NCBI RefSeq assembly: GCF_009914755.1
Contig: NC_060947.1
Length of the DNA stretch: 64,000 nucleotides
Origin: the human T2T-CHM13v2.0 reference genome, Homo sapiens
Direction: 5' to 3' (one strand)
Part shown: positions 14,330 to 31,170 of the stretch, piece by piece
How the letters are laid out: each line of letters opens with the position of its first letter
Numbering within the stretch: the first letter of the stretch is position 1
Translations under genes and position numbers: made by a program
Notes under the pieces: generated by a model
Seen by the model: the letters and a program-made list of their open reading frames with translations, nothing else
Database searches by the model: none
Told to the model about the DNA's origin: nothing

Positions 14330-15490
14330 ATTACCAAATCCTAGCCATTCTTCCTATATATTGAATAAAGTATTTTTAAGACATATTTTTAGTCCATCTA
14401 TTTTTCTGATTCCACCAGGAAACAAGCCATAGTCATCTCTTTCTTGGACTGTGGTAACAGCCTCATAATTACTTTCCCCGCTTTCTCTTTTGCTCATCTC
14501 CAAGCAGTTCTTTCCAATTCAGTCAGAATTATCTTTAAAATGTGTAAATCTCAACATATAAGCATCTCATTTAAAACCCTTCTATTGTTTCCCATCATAT
14601 TTAGTGAGGAATGAAGAATTTTGGCTCTACGACCAGACCACTTGAGTTTGAATTCTATCTGTGCTATTTTACCAGTGACTGGGGGCAAGTCACTTAACCT
14701 CTCTGTTCTTCGCTTTTCTTATCTTGAAAATGAGAATAATAATACCCACCTACCAGGGTTTTTGTGAGGATTGAATGTGATGATACAAATAAAGCACTTA
14801 GAGGTCAGGTTTGGTGGCTCACGCCTGTAATCTCAGCACTTCGAGAGGCTGAAGTGGGATAATCCCTTGAGCCCAGGAGTCCAGGACCATCCTGGGCAAC
14901 ATAGTGAGACCCCATCTGTACTACAAAAAAAAAAAAATTAAAAACCAAGTAAAGCACTTAGAACAATTTCTGACACTCTTATAATCTTATTACTCTAAAC
15001 ATGAAAACACCTACCAGTGATATAAGATCTTATATGACTTGACAGTTGTCCACCTCTCAGAACTCATCTGCGCCCCTCTTCCCCTCACTACACTGCAGTC
15101 ACACTGGCCTTTTTGTTCTTTTTGCCCAAATTCACATAGCACATTCCCATGTCAGAAAATTTGCTCATACTCTTCTTTCTGCCTAAATACTCTCTCCCCA
15201 CACTTCACCTGCCTGGCTCCTAGTCATCTTACTGGCTTCATCTTGAAAGTTACTTCCCACAAATAGGCTTTTTCTGACCATCTAATCTAAAGTGGGTCAT
15301 TGCACCTATTTCATTTCCTCCTTGAATATATTTACATTTTTATTTGCAAGCTTATGTGTTTAATGTCTGTCTCCTTTACTAGACTGTAGTATCAACTGAG
15401 GTAAAAAAACAAAACAAAACATGTTTTTAATTGTATTCTTAGAACTTTGAAAATTATCTGATACAAGGCGTTTTCTCAATAAATATTGGC
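14330..15490. mobile_element. L2 remnant containing a MIR (about 14610-14985), which contains a FLAM Alu monomer (14803-14945)
   Basis: MIR core 'ggcaagtcacttaacctctctg', FLAM flanked by TSD taaagcacttaga, L2-like 'ctcaataaatattggctgaa' end. Confidence 0.65.
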
Positions 15491-16149
15491 TGAAATAGAA
15501 AGACATACTTAAAAGAAATAAATATACTACCGTTTATACAAGCCAGAGAGGTGGTATACTCCAGAAAAATAATCTAAAATGTACAAGTTAATTCTTTTGT
15601 TATCAGAATTGGTCAGATCCTAATTAAATATCAGAGCCATAACAAACAACTGTGGCATCTGAGGCAGGCAGCAACAAATTCAACCATAACTCTACAGAAA
15701 AATGTACTATGAGAAAAAAAAAGTAGAGGACAAAAAAAAAAAAAAGAAATCAAAGAAACCCTAGAACATTAGCCTTTCTGCCCTTGACACAGGGTGTCTG
15801 GCCTTTTCATCATTACTGGCTGCCACGAAGTCTGGCTTAGGGCCAGAGACAAGCTCACCACTGTGCTAGTGCAACTAGAGAATCCTGATTGAGGGAAAGG
15901 TGATGTTTCTTGAGGCAATAAACCTAGTATGTACATTTACTTTTTAAAAAAATAGGTGATTTTTAAAGCAGTTTTAAGTTTATAGGAGGAAAAAAACAAC
16001 AGAAAGTACACAGTTCCCATACCTCCTTACTCTCTTGTCAGTTTTCCCTATTATTTACATTTTGCACTGGTATGGGCCATCTGTTACAGTTGGTGGGCCA
16101 ATATTGATTGTACATAGTTCCAGTGTGTGTATCAATGTTTATATTTTAA

Positions 16150-18085
16150 ATTGTGGTAAAATATAGATAAAATTTATAATTTTAACCAGTTTTAAGTGTA
16201 CAGTTCAGTGACATGAAGTACATTCACATAATTGTGCAGCCACTACTACCATCTCCAGAATTTTTTCATCTTACAAAACTGAAACTCTGCACTCATTAAA
16301 TAATAACTCCCTTTTCCCCACAAACACCATTCTACTTCTGTGTCTATGAATTTGACTACTTTAAGTTCCTCAAATATGTAGATTCATGCAATGCTTGTCT
16401 TTTGTGATTGTCTTATTTCACTTAGCATAATGTCTTCAAGGTTCATCTATGTTGTAACATGTATCAGAATTTCCTTTGTTTATATAGCTGAATAATACTC
16501 CATTGTATGTAAATACCACATTTTGTTTATACATTCATTCACTAATGGACATGTGGTTTGCTTCCACGTCTTGGCTATTGTGAATAATGCTGCTATGAAC
16601 ATATGCGTGTACAAATATCTGTTTGAGTCCTTGCTTTCAATTGTTTTGGGTATATACCCAGAAGTGGAATTGCTGGATCATATGCTATTTCTATTTTTAA
16701 TTTTTTGAGGAATAGTCATACCGTTTTCCATAGTGGCTGCATCATTTTACATTTCTAAGAGCAGTGCACAAGGGTTTAAATTTCTCCACATCCTTGCAAT
16801 CCTCATTTATTATTCTCTGTTTTTAAAAACATATATATATGATATATATCACATATATATGATATATATCACATATATATCATATATATCATATATATGA
16901 TATATATGATATATATGATATATATATGATATATATGATATATATATGATATATATGATATATATATGATATATATGATATATATATGATATATATGATA
17001 TATATATGATATATATGATATATATATGATATATATGATATATATGATATATATACGATATATATGATATATATACGATATATATGATATATATGATATA
17101 TATGATATATACGATATATATGATATATATGATATATATATAATATATATGATATATATGATATATATGATATATATATGATATATATGATATATATGAT
17201 ATATGATATATATGATATATATGATATATGATATATATGATATATATGATATATGATATATATGATACATATATGATATATATATGATATATATGATACA
17301 TATATGATATATATGATATATATGATATATATGATATATATGATACATATATGATATATATGAGATATATGATATATATGATATATATGATATATATGAT
17401 ATATATATGATATATATGAGATATATATGATATATATATGATATATATGAGATATATATGATATATATATGATATATATGATATATATATGATATATATG
17501 ATATATATATGATATATATATGATATATATAAATCATATATATATCTCATATATATATGCCATCCTAGTGGGTGTGAAGTGGTACCTCACTATGATTTTG
17601 ATTTGCATTTGCTTAGTGATTAGTGATGCTGAAAATTTTTTCATGTGTTTATTGGTTATTTGTATATTTGCTTTGGAGAAATGTCTATTCAAGTCCTTTG
17701 CCCATTTTAAAATCTGGTTGTTAGCGTTTCTGTTTTTGAGATACAGGAGTTCTTAATATTTATTCTGGATATGAACCTCTTATCAGATATATGATTTTCA
17801 AATACTTTCCCCAAGTGTGTGGGTTGACTTTTGCTCTTGTGATAGTGTCATTCATGCACAAAAGTTTTAATTTGATATAATTCAATTTCTCTTTTTTCTT
17901 TTTCTTCTGCTGCCTGTGCTTTTGGTGTCATGTCCAAGAAATCACTGTCAAATCCAATGTCATGAAGTTTTCCAACTATGTTTTAAGAATTTTATAGTTT
18001 TAGCTCCTATGTTTAGGTCTTTGATTCATTCTGAGTTAATTTTTTATATGATGTAAGGTAAGAGTCCAATTTTATTCTTTTGTAT
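16150..18085 (-). mobile_element. L1MB-type fragment (3' UTR and ORF2 end), interrupted by an AT satellite
   Basis: 'gtatatacccagaagtggaattgctggatcata' and 'ttggagaaatgtctattcaagtcctttgcccatttt'. The L1 sequence is collinear across 16830-17558. Confidence 0.85.
16830..17558. repeat. Long AT-rich simple repeat of (ATATATG/ATATATATG)n-type units, about 730 bp
   Basis: Direct reading. It accounts for the low-complexity Y/I/S/H ORFs at 16849-17550. Confidence 0.97.
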
Positions 18086-18154
18086 AATTATACATATTTT
18101 TTAAAAAAAACATTTCTAGCCCTATGTACTTTAATGCCCTTAAGCAACATGTTT

Positions 18155-18447
18155 CGTTTTTGTGTTTGTTTTTGTTTTGACACAAGGTATCATTCTGTTG
18201 CCCAGGCTGGACTGTGCTGGTGCAATCGCGGCTCACTGTAGCCTCAACTTCCCAAGTTCAAGTGATCCTCCCACTTCAGCCTTCGAATAGCTGGGACCAT
18301 AGGTGCCCAACACCACACCCCAAGCCTGGCTAATTTCTTGCATTTTTAAAGGAGACAGGGTTTCACCATGTTGCCCAGGCTGGTCTAGAAACCCTAGGCT
18401 CAGGCGATGCATCTGCCTTGGCCTCCCAAACTGCTGGGATGACAGAC
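18155..18447 (-). mobile_element. AluJ
   Basis: Alu reverse complement with flanking direct repeat cttaagcaac. Confidence 0.88.
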
Positions 18448-18667
18448 TTAAGCAACTTTTTGATAACCCTGCCTAAGTTACAGCTCTGCAACTGAGATTT
18501 ATTTCCAAACAACCTAACTTTGAAAATGAAGAGAGCCATGAGCAAACACAAATGATATGTAGTTTGATAGGTGGTAACTTGAAGGAAAAGTTCTAACAAT
18601 TGGAGTTTTCAAAAGCAGAAGAGAGAGTTTTGGCATTAATTTGGAATTTGATTTTACAAGGCTTTTT

Positions 18668-20387
<1,720 letters not shown>

Positions 20388-20389
20388 GG

Positions 20390-20740
20390 AAGAAAAATTT
20401 ATGTGTTAAATGTGGCTGGGCTGCACCTTGTGGAGCGTGGGAGTGGCTGTGCAGGCGCCAGCCGCCAACCATCTCAGAATGCGTTCATTGCCTGAGCCTG
20501 GATGCCAGCATACCTGCGGCGCGGCACTCGGGGCTTGCGAGGAGACTGGCAAGCACAGACGCCACGTCCTATATCTCCCGCAACACGGTCGCCATTTTTG
20601 GTCGCCATTTTTGGTCGCCATTTTTGGTCGCCATTCTGTTGGTACTAAGGTGTTGTGGTTGGTAGAAGCTTAAGTGAGAGCATCGCGAGTAGTGTGGTCG
20701 CAGCCATGTCATTGTCACCGCTGCGGGTGGCGGTGGTGTG
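20390..20740 (+). promoter_or_regulatory. CpG-rich putative promoter / 5' UTR of the SSU72 retrogene
   Basis: GC- and CpG-rich block in an otherwise CpG-depleted window, containing the YY1-type array and a Kozak-like gcagccATG. Promoter function is inferred. Confidence 0.5.
20587..20638. repeat. 13-bp tandem repeat (GGTCGCCATTTTT)x3 plus one degenerate copy, YY1-like motifs
   Basis: Units at 20587, 20600, 20613 and 20626. Each complete unit reads AAAAATGGCGACC on the minus strand, fitting the YY1 core AAnATGGCG. Confidence 0.9.
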
Positions 20741-21290
20741 CTGGAATAACCAGAACCAGAGCATGGAGGCACACAGAGTCCTCAACAAACGAGAATTCAG
20801 TGTCCAGTCCTTTGGAATAACACCTCATGTGAAGCTTCCAGGACCAGCGCCTAACAAGCCAAATATTTATGATTTCAAAACCACATATGATGAAATGTAC
20901 AATGATCTTATCACGAAAGACGAAGAATTCTATACACAGAATGGCGTTCTGTATATGTTAGACAGAAATAAGAGAATCAAGCTCCGGCCAGAAAGGTTCC
21001 AGGATTGCAAAGATGTGTTTGATCTGATCATCACTTGTGAAGAGAGCATTTATGACCAGGTGGTGGAAGATCTAAATTCCAGAGAACAGGAGACCTGCCG
21101 ACCAGTGCATGTGGTGAACATGGACATCCAGGACAACCAGGAAGATGCCATCATAGGGGCGTTTCTCATCTGCGAGCTCTGCCAGTGTATCCAGCGCTCA
21201 GAGGATATGGAGAATGAGATTGATCAGCTGCTGCAGAAGTTGGAGAAGAAGAGAGGCCAGGCCTTCCTGCACACGGTCTGCTTCTACTAA
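20706..21290 (+). CDS. SSU72: Intact intronless SSU72-like retrogene (RNA Pol II CTD phosphatase homolog, 194 aa), catalytic Arg replaced by Gln
   Basis: ATG 20706 to TAA 21290 is 195 codons. MSLSPLRVAVVC...HVKLPGPAP...YDFKTTYD...MLDRNKRIK...DIQDN...FLHTVCFY is collinear with SSU72 without indels. It is a paralog/retrocopy, not the multi-exon parent. Expression is unproven. Confidence 0.88.
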   Translation: MSLSPLRVAVVCWNNQNQSMEAHRVLNKREFSVQSFGITPHVKLPGPAPNKPNIYDFKTTYDEMYNDLITKDEEFYTQNGVLYMLDRNKRIKLRPERFQDCKDVFDLIITCEESIYDQVVEDLNSREQETCRPVHVVNMDIQDNQEDAIIGAFLICELCQCIQRSEDMENEIDQLLQKLEKKRGQAFLHTVCFY

Positions 21291-21299
21291 TGGTCCTGG

Positions 21300-21410
21300 C
21301 CTGGAGCCCGCTGCTGTTACTGCCACTTGCTGCTGCTGCCACCACCACCATGGCCAATTTCGCCACTGCTGCTGTCGTGGCTGCCTCCCTTGCCACTGCA
21401 GCCCTCCAGA
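21300..21410 (+). repeat. GC-rich degenerate triplet tract (GCT/GCC/CCA) in the retrogene 3' UTR
   Basis: gctgctgttactgccacttgctgctgctgccaccaccaccat...gccactgctgctg. Confidence 0.7.
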
Positions 21411-21692
21411 AGCCATCGTGTTGAACTTACTTCTGTTAACACTTTTTACTTCCTGATATTTGTTAATAATTTTAGGTATTTGGTTGATGATTCTTTACCC
21501 AAAGGAATTGTACTTGTAAAATGAGAGGAGATACATAAATTCCAAGTTTCTTTTATCCCACATTTACTTATGAGTAGCATATTAATGATAAATTGCTGTT
21601 GTTGTTGATTTCCTTTAACCAAGGAGTTTGAGAAGAGCTGCCAGACCTTCACGCACAGGCCCCCTCACCCAATTTTTGAGTTGTTTGCTGTC

Positions 21693-22128
<436 letters not shown>

Positions 22129-22929
22129 TGCTTTCTTATAGTTGTATTTTAAGAGGTCTTTATATATTTTGGATAACAGTCCTTTATCAGATATGTGTTC
22201 TGCAAATATTTTCAACCAGGCTGTCACTTATATTTTCATTTCCTTGATAGAGTCTATAGCAGAGAACAGGTTTTTAATTTTAATACAATCAAAATTTCCA
22301 ATTGTTTCACTTGTGTCTTGCTTTTGGTGTTGTATCTAAAAGCCACTGCCAAACCAAGGTCATCTAGACGTTCTTATATGTTAACTAGAATACCATTCTT
22401 AATAACCTTTGTATTTTTGTATGTGATTTATACTTTCTATTATTTTCTAAAGAAAATGCTTTGGTACTTATCTGGAGATTGAATTGAGAGTATATGTGAG
22501 TTGTTGCCTTATAGAATACATTACTTTGAAATTCAGTTATATATAAAGGCATGACATATGGGTAAAATCATATAACTACAAATATATTTGTAGGTCTATA
22601 ATGACATATATCTGTACCTGTTTATAGCACAATAGACATATAGTTTTACAAGGTGATCAAATATTTTAGAACCAATTATCAATAAAAACTTTAAAATTAT
22701 CTATCCTATTCCAAGATATATAGGTCCAGCATATTCATAACACTTATATAGAGACACAGAATATGAAATAAGCATATAAGGTAGCTATAAAACAATTGTT
22801 GGAATTATGTCAAAGAAGCAAAGTTATTAAATACATCTTAGTTTTATTGCTTTCACTTTTATCCAAACTAAAATTTGCTAACACCTTTGGCTTAGTAGGA
22901 AAAAATAATCTTTTGGGTGTGACTGTGAC

Positions 22930-23371
22930 TGTGATGGTTAATACTGAGAGTCAACTTGATTGGATTCAAGGATACAAAGTATTCATCCTGGGTGTGTTTG
23001 TGAGCGTGTTGCCAAAGGAGATTAACATTTGAGTCAGTGGGCTGGGAAAGGCAGACCCACTCTTAAGCTGAGTGGGCACAATCTCATCAGCTGCCAGCAT
23101 GGCTAGAATATTAGCAGGCAGAAAAATGTGAAAAGAGAGACCGGCCTAGCCTCCCAGCCTACATCTCTCTCTCCCATGCTGGATGCTTCCTGTCCTCCAA
23201 CACTGGACTCCAAGCTCTTCAGTTTTGGAACTCGGATTGGCTCTCCTTGCTCCTCAACCTGCAGACGTCCTATTTTGGGACCTCGTGATCATGTGAGTTA
23301 ATACTTAACAAGCTCCCACATATATACATATTCCATTCTTTCTGTTCCTCTAGAGAACCGTGACTAATACA
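22930..23371 (+). mobile_element. MLT2A (ERVL) solo LTR
   Basis: tgtgatggttaatactgag...gactaataca termini, near-perfect 5-bp TSD gtgac/gagac. Confidence 0.9.
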
Positions 23372-23759
23372 GAGACTAAAGTGTCTCTGGCAAATGTCAC
23401 TGCATTGATTGCCTGAATTGATACATGTTACATAAAAGATTTTCAGAATCTATGTTGCTATTTGGAAGCCTGGACTAATATTCTTTCTCATTCCAAAATG
23501 TGTTAGGCATGCTTGAAAAAAAAATATTTGATTAGTCAGGGACAGTATTCTACCCTAGGTATAAAATGTGTTCTACTAGAATTTCCAAACCAACTTTAAA
23601 AATACCATTTGTGTGTCTCTTTCTGGCAGCCCCTTATATCTGAAAATAAGGGATAAGCCAGATGTAAACTGACTACAGATCGATTGCTACTTTAGTAGTG
23701 TACATTGATGCTACATTTTTGACTTATAAATCTCTCAAATTTTTTTTTGTTTTGATTAA

Positions 23760-25598
23760 CCTTTTTTATTATATTTTAAGTTCTAGGGTACATGTGCACA
23801 ATGTGCAGGTTAGTTACATATGTATACATGTGCCATGCTGGTGTGCTGCACCCATTAACTCGTCATTTACATTAGGTATATCTCCTAATGCTATGCCTCC
23901 CCCCTTCCCCCACCCCACAACAGGCCCAGGTGTGTGATGTTCCCCTTCCTGTGTCCAAGTGTTCTCATTGTTCAATTCCCATCTATGAGTGAGAACATGC
24001 GGTGTTTGGTTTTTTGTCCTTGAGATAGTTTGCTGAGAATGATGGTTTCCAGCTTCATCCATGTCCCTACAAAGGACATGAACTCATCATTTTTATGGCT
24101 GCCCATGGTGTATATGTGCCACATTTTCTTAATCCAGTCTATCATTGTTGGACATTTGGGTTGGTTCCAAGTCTTTGCTATTGTGAATAGTGCCACAATA
24201 AACATACGTGTGCATGTGTCTTTATAGCAGCATGATTTATATTCCTTTGGGTATATACCCAGTAATGGGATGGCTGGGTCGAATGGTATTTCTAGTTCTA
24301 GATCCTTGAGGAATCGCCACACTGTCTTCCACAATGGTTGAACTAGGTTACAGTCCCACCAACAGTGTAAAAGTGTTCCTATTTCTCCACATCCTCTCCA
24401 GCACCTGTTGTTTCCTGACTTTTTAATGATTGCCATTCTAACTGATGTGAGATGGTATCTCATTGTGGTTTTGATTTGCATTTCTCTGATGGCCAGTGAT
24501 GATGAGCATTTTTTCATGTGTCTTTTGGCTGCATAAATGTCTTCTTTTGAGAAGTGTCTGTTCATATCCCTCACCCACTTTGTGATGGGGTTGTTTTTTT
24601 CTTGTAAATTTGTTTGAGTTCATTGTAGATTCTGGATATTAGCCCTTTGTCAGAAGAGTAGATTGCAAAAATTTTCTCCCATTTTGTAGGTTGCCTGTTC
24701 ACTCTGATGGTAGTTTCTTTTGCTGTGCAGAAGCTCCTTAGTTTAATTAGGTCCCATTTGTCAATTTTGGCTTTTGTTGCCATTGCTTTTGGTGTTTTAG
24801 ACATGAAGTCCGTGCCCATGCCTGTGTCCTGAATGGTATTGCCTGGGTTTTCTTCTAGGGTTTTTATGGTTTTAGGTCTAACATTTAAGTCTTTAAAGTC
24901 TTTATTCCATCTTGAATTAATTTTTGTATAAGGTGTAAGGAAGGGATCCAGTTTCAGCTTTCTACATATGGCTAGCCAGTTTTCCCAGCACCATTTATTA
25001 AATAGGGAATCCTTTCCCCATTGCTTGTTTTTGTCAAAGATCAGATGGTTGTAGATGTGTGGTATCATTTCTGAGGGCTCTGTTCTGTTCCATTGGTCTA
25101 TATCTCTGTTTTGGTACCAGTACCATGCTGTTTTGGTTACTGTAGCCTGGTAGTTTAGTTTGAAGTGAAGTAGCATGATGCTTCCAGCTTTGTTCTTTTG
25201 GCTTAGGATTGTCTTGGAAATGCGGACTCTTTTTTGGTTCCATATGAACTTTAAAGTAGTTTTTTCCAATTCTGTGAAGAAAGGCATTGGTAGCTTGATG
25301 GGGATGGCATTGAATCTATACATCACCTTGAGCAGTATAGCCATTTTCACGATATTGATTCTTCCTATCCATGAGCGTGGAATGTTCTTCCATTTGTTTG
25401 TGTCCTCTTTTATTTCATTGAGCAGTGGTTTGTAGTTCTCCTTGAAGAGGTCCTTCACATTCCTTGTAAGTTGGATTCCTAGGTATTTTATTCTCTTTGA
25501 AACAATCGTGAATGGGAGTTCACTCATGATTTGGCTCTCTGTTTATCTGTTATTGGTGTATAAGAATGCCTGTGATTTTTGCACATTGATTTTGTATC
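23760..25598 (-). mobile_element. L1PA 3' segment (ORF2 C-terminal part and 3' UTR) of a 5'-inverted element
   Basis: ORFs 24571-25527 and 23972-24574 are frameshifted L1 ORF2p (ELPFTI...IKYLGIQLT...[16 protein letters not shown]). Confidence 0.95.
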
Positions 25599-28403
<2,805 letters not shown>

Positions 28404-29116
28404 TAATTGAAAAATGATTTATATTTCTGCCTAAGGTGTCTTTCCCCCTGTCTAATTTTTGTTAAACTTGACAAACTGTCCCCTTCTCAAGATCTGGTTC
28501 TAATGTCATTTCTGTGATGGCTTCCTTGACAACCACAACCTAAAGATCACCCTGTCTCTGGGATGTCATAGGACTTTGATTATGCATGATTTCTTCACTT
28601 TTGGCAGTGTATTCTAGTTGGTTATATCCTCATGTACTTTCTTGCTTGGCTTTAAGCTCCTGAAAGGCCAGGGCTATGTCTCATACCTAGACAAGAGCCA
28701 GCCCATTGGAGGAGCGTAATAAATATTTATTGCATAAAATAATGAATTACAGCAGTTAGAACATTAATAATCAAATATATGTAGTATTGTGAGCTGTTGA
28801 GGAGACTATTTGAAGGTTTGTCTCTGGATGAACTCAACCAGCCAGAACATAGCCCTTAAATATCTGAAAAATACTTTCAAGTTCCTAAAAGGTAATTACA
28901 AAGCCTTGGACTTTGAGGCCTGTAATTACAATTCCAAGATTTACAATTCCAATTATAGTAGCCTTTCTTCAATATTTTATTGACTTTTAACCAGCAGAAA
29001 ATTCTTAAGTTTATTTATCTAGTCTCCCTTGTCATAGAAGAGGAAAAAAAATCAGAAATCTGGAGACTTGAAGACAAATTCTCATCAGTAACAGTAACAT
29101 TCTAAAAGTGGAAGAA

Positions 29117-29413
29117 GGTCTGGTGTGGTGGCTCATGCTTGAAATTCCAACACATTGGGAGACAAGATTGGAGGATTGCTTGAGTCCAGGAGTTCAAAAC
29201 CAGCCTGGGCAACATAGGGAGATACCATCTTTACAAAAAATAAAAATTAGCCAGGCATGGTGGTTTGTGCCTGTAGTCACAGCTTCTCAGGAGACTGAGA
29301 AGGGAAGATCATTGAGCCCAGGAGGTTGAGGCTACAGTGAGCTATGGTTGCACCACTGCACTTCAGCCTGTGTGACAGGACAAGATTCCGTCTCAATAAA
29401 TAAATAAATAAAT
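29117..29413 (+). mobile_element. AluJ with (AAAT)n tail
   Basis: Diverged dimeric Alu. Confidence 0.9.
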
Positions 29414-30959
29414 AATGGGAAAAGACACAAAACAAAAACCCGTCTTCAAACTGGATTATGACACTCTTGAATGTTGGATATTTATAATTATTAACCCACG
29501 TTAAGGCAATTTATGTTCAATGTCATTTATTTGGGAAGGCAGGGAAGCATACAGATTTTAGGTATATAAAAGATTTTAGATAGATTAACCATAAAAAGTT
29601 ACATTTTTAAAATAGTGTTGGTGTTTTAATGATAAGTTGCCTTGAAATGTATTTCATGCGGAAAATTTCATTCTTAAAAGACAGTGGATATCATTATACT
29701 ATTCAGCTCTTGTTATATCCAGGCCATAAGATCCTATTTGAAAGAGAAAACACATATGTTACCTTCCTAAGGATATAGGGAGAAAGAGAAGTAGGCTGTC
29801 AACGTATTGCCACAAGTCAAGGCAGAAAAGTGTTCTGCCAAAGAATGTGGTATGAGAAATTAAACCACTGACAATGCCTCTCATGAGGATAGGTGTTGGA
29901 AAATACCAAAGACAAAAGGACTACATAAATGCATCCCCCTTTTTACAGATGAAATAAGTAAATGTTCTTAGAATATAACTTAAAAATTGTTATCAACCTG
30001 CTGGTAATGAAAACTGTTGTGCACTGACATCAAATTATACATTATTATACTAGATATATTTTACAGTACCTCCCCACCCATACCCCTGTTGAAGGTAAAC
30101 TGCCTTACTCAGAGAACTGTACAGGGATGGTGACCATGTTTTATCCATAACCATTTCTCCTTGCAGTTGATTGGGCTAAGACTTTGAACTTGACCCAAAT
30201 GTGGCCCATTTGTAGGTTTGCCAGTGGTCCATGTGGTCTGACAGTAAAAGAGGAACAAGTACAGTTAGATTTCTTTCTTAAAAATTTTGAACTGGGCCAT
30301 CATGAAGTTGAAGCAATTACTAGCATGGGTTGAAGCTGAGAGAATGCCATGAAGGAGCATAAGGGACTAAGCGATCTAAAACATGGCAAGATGCATCTAT
30401 GTGCAAGACAAAGATATGAGGAATAGAAATGTTGTGATTCTGTAAATTATGCAATACAACTGGTCAATGAAGTGGGCAAAATGAAGCCAATTACCAAATA
30501 TCACCTTTTAGAAAGAATTTAAGTGCTATTATAACCAATCAACAATGTCTTATATAATGAATACATTTCCCTGATACTCGACTATAAATCCAGAGGTTAG
30601 TTTCTGAGGTTGATCATTGGCTCTGCAATGTCATAAAAAAATGCAGGCCTATTTTATCTTCTAACTCCATCATTCTCATAAATAATTTCCATCCTTAGGC
30701 CTGTTGTCTCATATTTGGAAGATGTTTGCTGCACCTCCAGGCTTCATATATATATAATAGTACCCAAGGAAGGGAGGGAGAAAGGAGGAGAAACAAACTG
30801 AAATCTCCCATTTCCCTCTCTTATCAAGGGTGAAAGTCATTCTCAGAAGCCCACAGCGAGTTTCTCCATATCTGTTCTTGGTCAGAATATAGTATAATGT
30901 GCATTTCCAGTTCTACCACTGCCTAAGAGGAATGAGAGGGCCATGATTGACTTAGACCA

Positions 30960-31170
30960 TAGTTTCTCTGGAAAAGTATGGTGCACACCTATTTTTGAAA
31001 ATAATGATTTATTGGAACACTACTATGCACATTTATTTATATATTGTCTAGGGCTGTTTTTATGACACAACAGGTGAGTTGAATATAGTTGCAACAGAGA
31101 CCATATGAGCCATAAAGCCTAAAATATTTATTACCTGGACCTTTATGTAAAGAGTTTGCCAACTTCTAAC
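30960..31170. mobile_element. MER58A-like DNA transposon within an old MLT1 region (about 30520-31270)
   Basis: 'gttgcaacagagaccatatgagccataaagcctaaaatatttattacctggacctttat...gtttgccaac'. Confidence 0.7.

Noticed and set aside
16849-17550. 233-aa and 222-aa Tyr/Ile/Ser/His-rich ORFs
   Set aside because: They are translations of the AT satellite, with no coding signal.
20587-20638. CRISPR-like repeat array
   Set aside because: The 13-bp units have no spacers, the context is eukaryotic and there are no cas genes.
20655-20705. 17-aa N-terminal extension of the SSU72-like ORF in the ORF track
   Set aside because: It starts at a non-ATG codon. The ATG at 20706 has a Kozak-like context and matches the parental start.
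21166-21524. Poly-Ala, Gln/Trp and Cys/His ORFs overlapping the retrogene end
   Set aside because: They are by-products of the GC-rich triplet tract.
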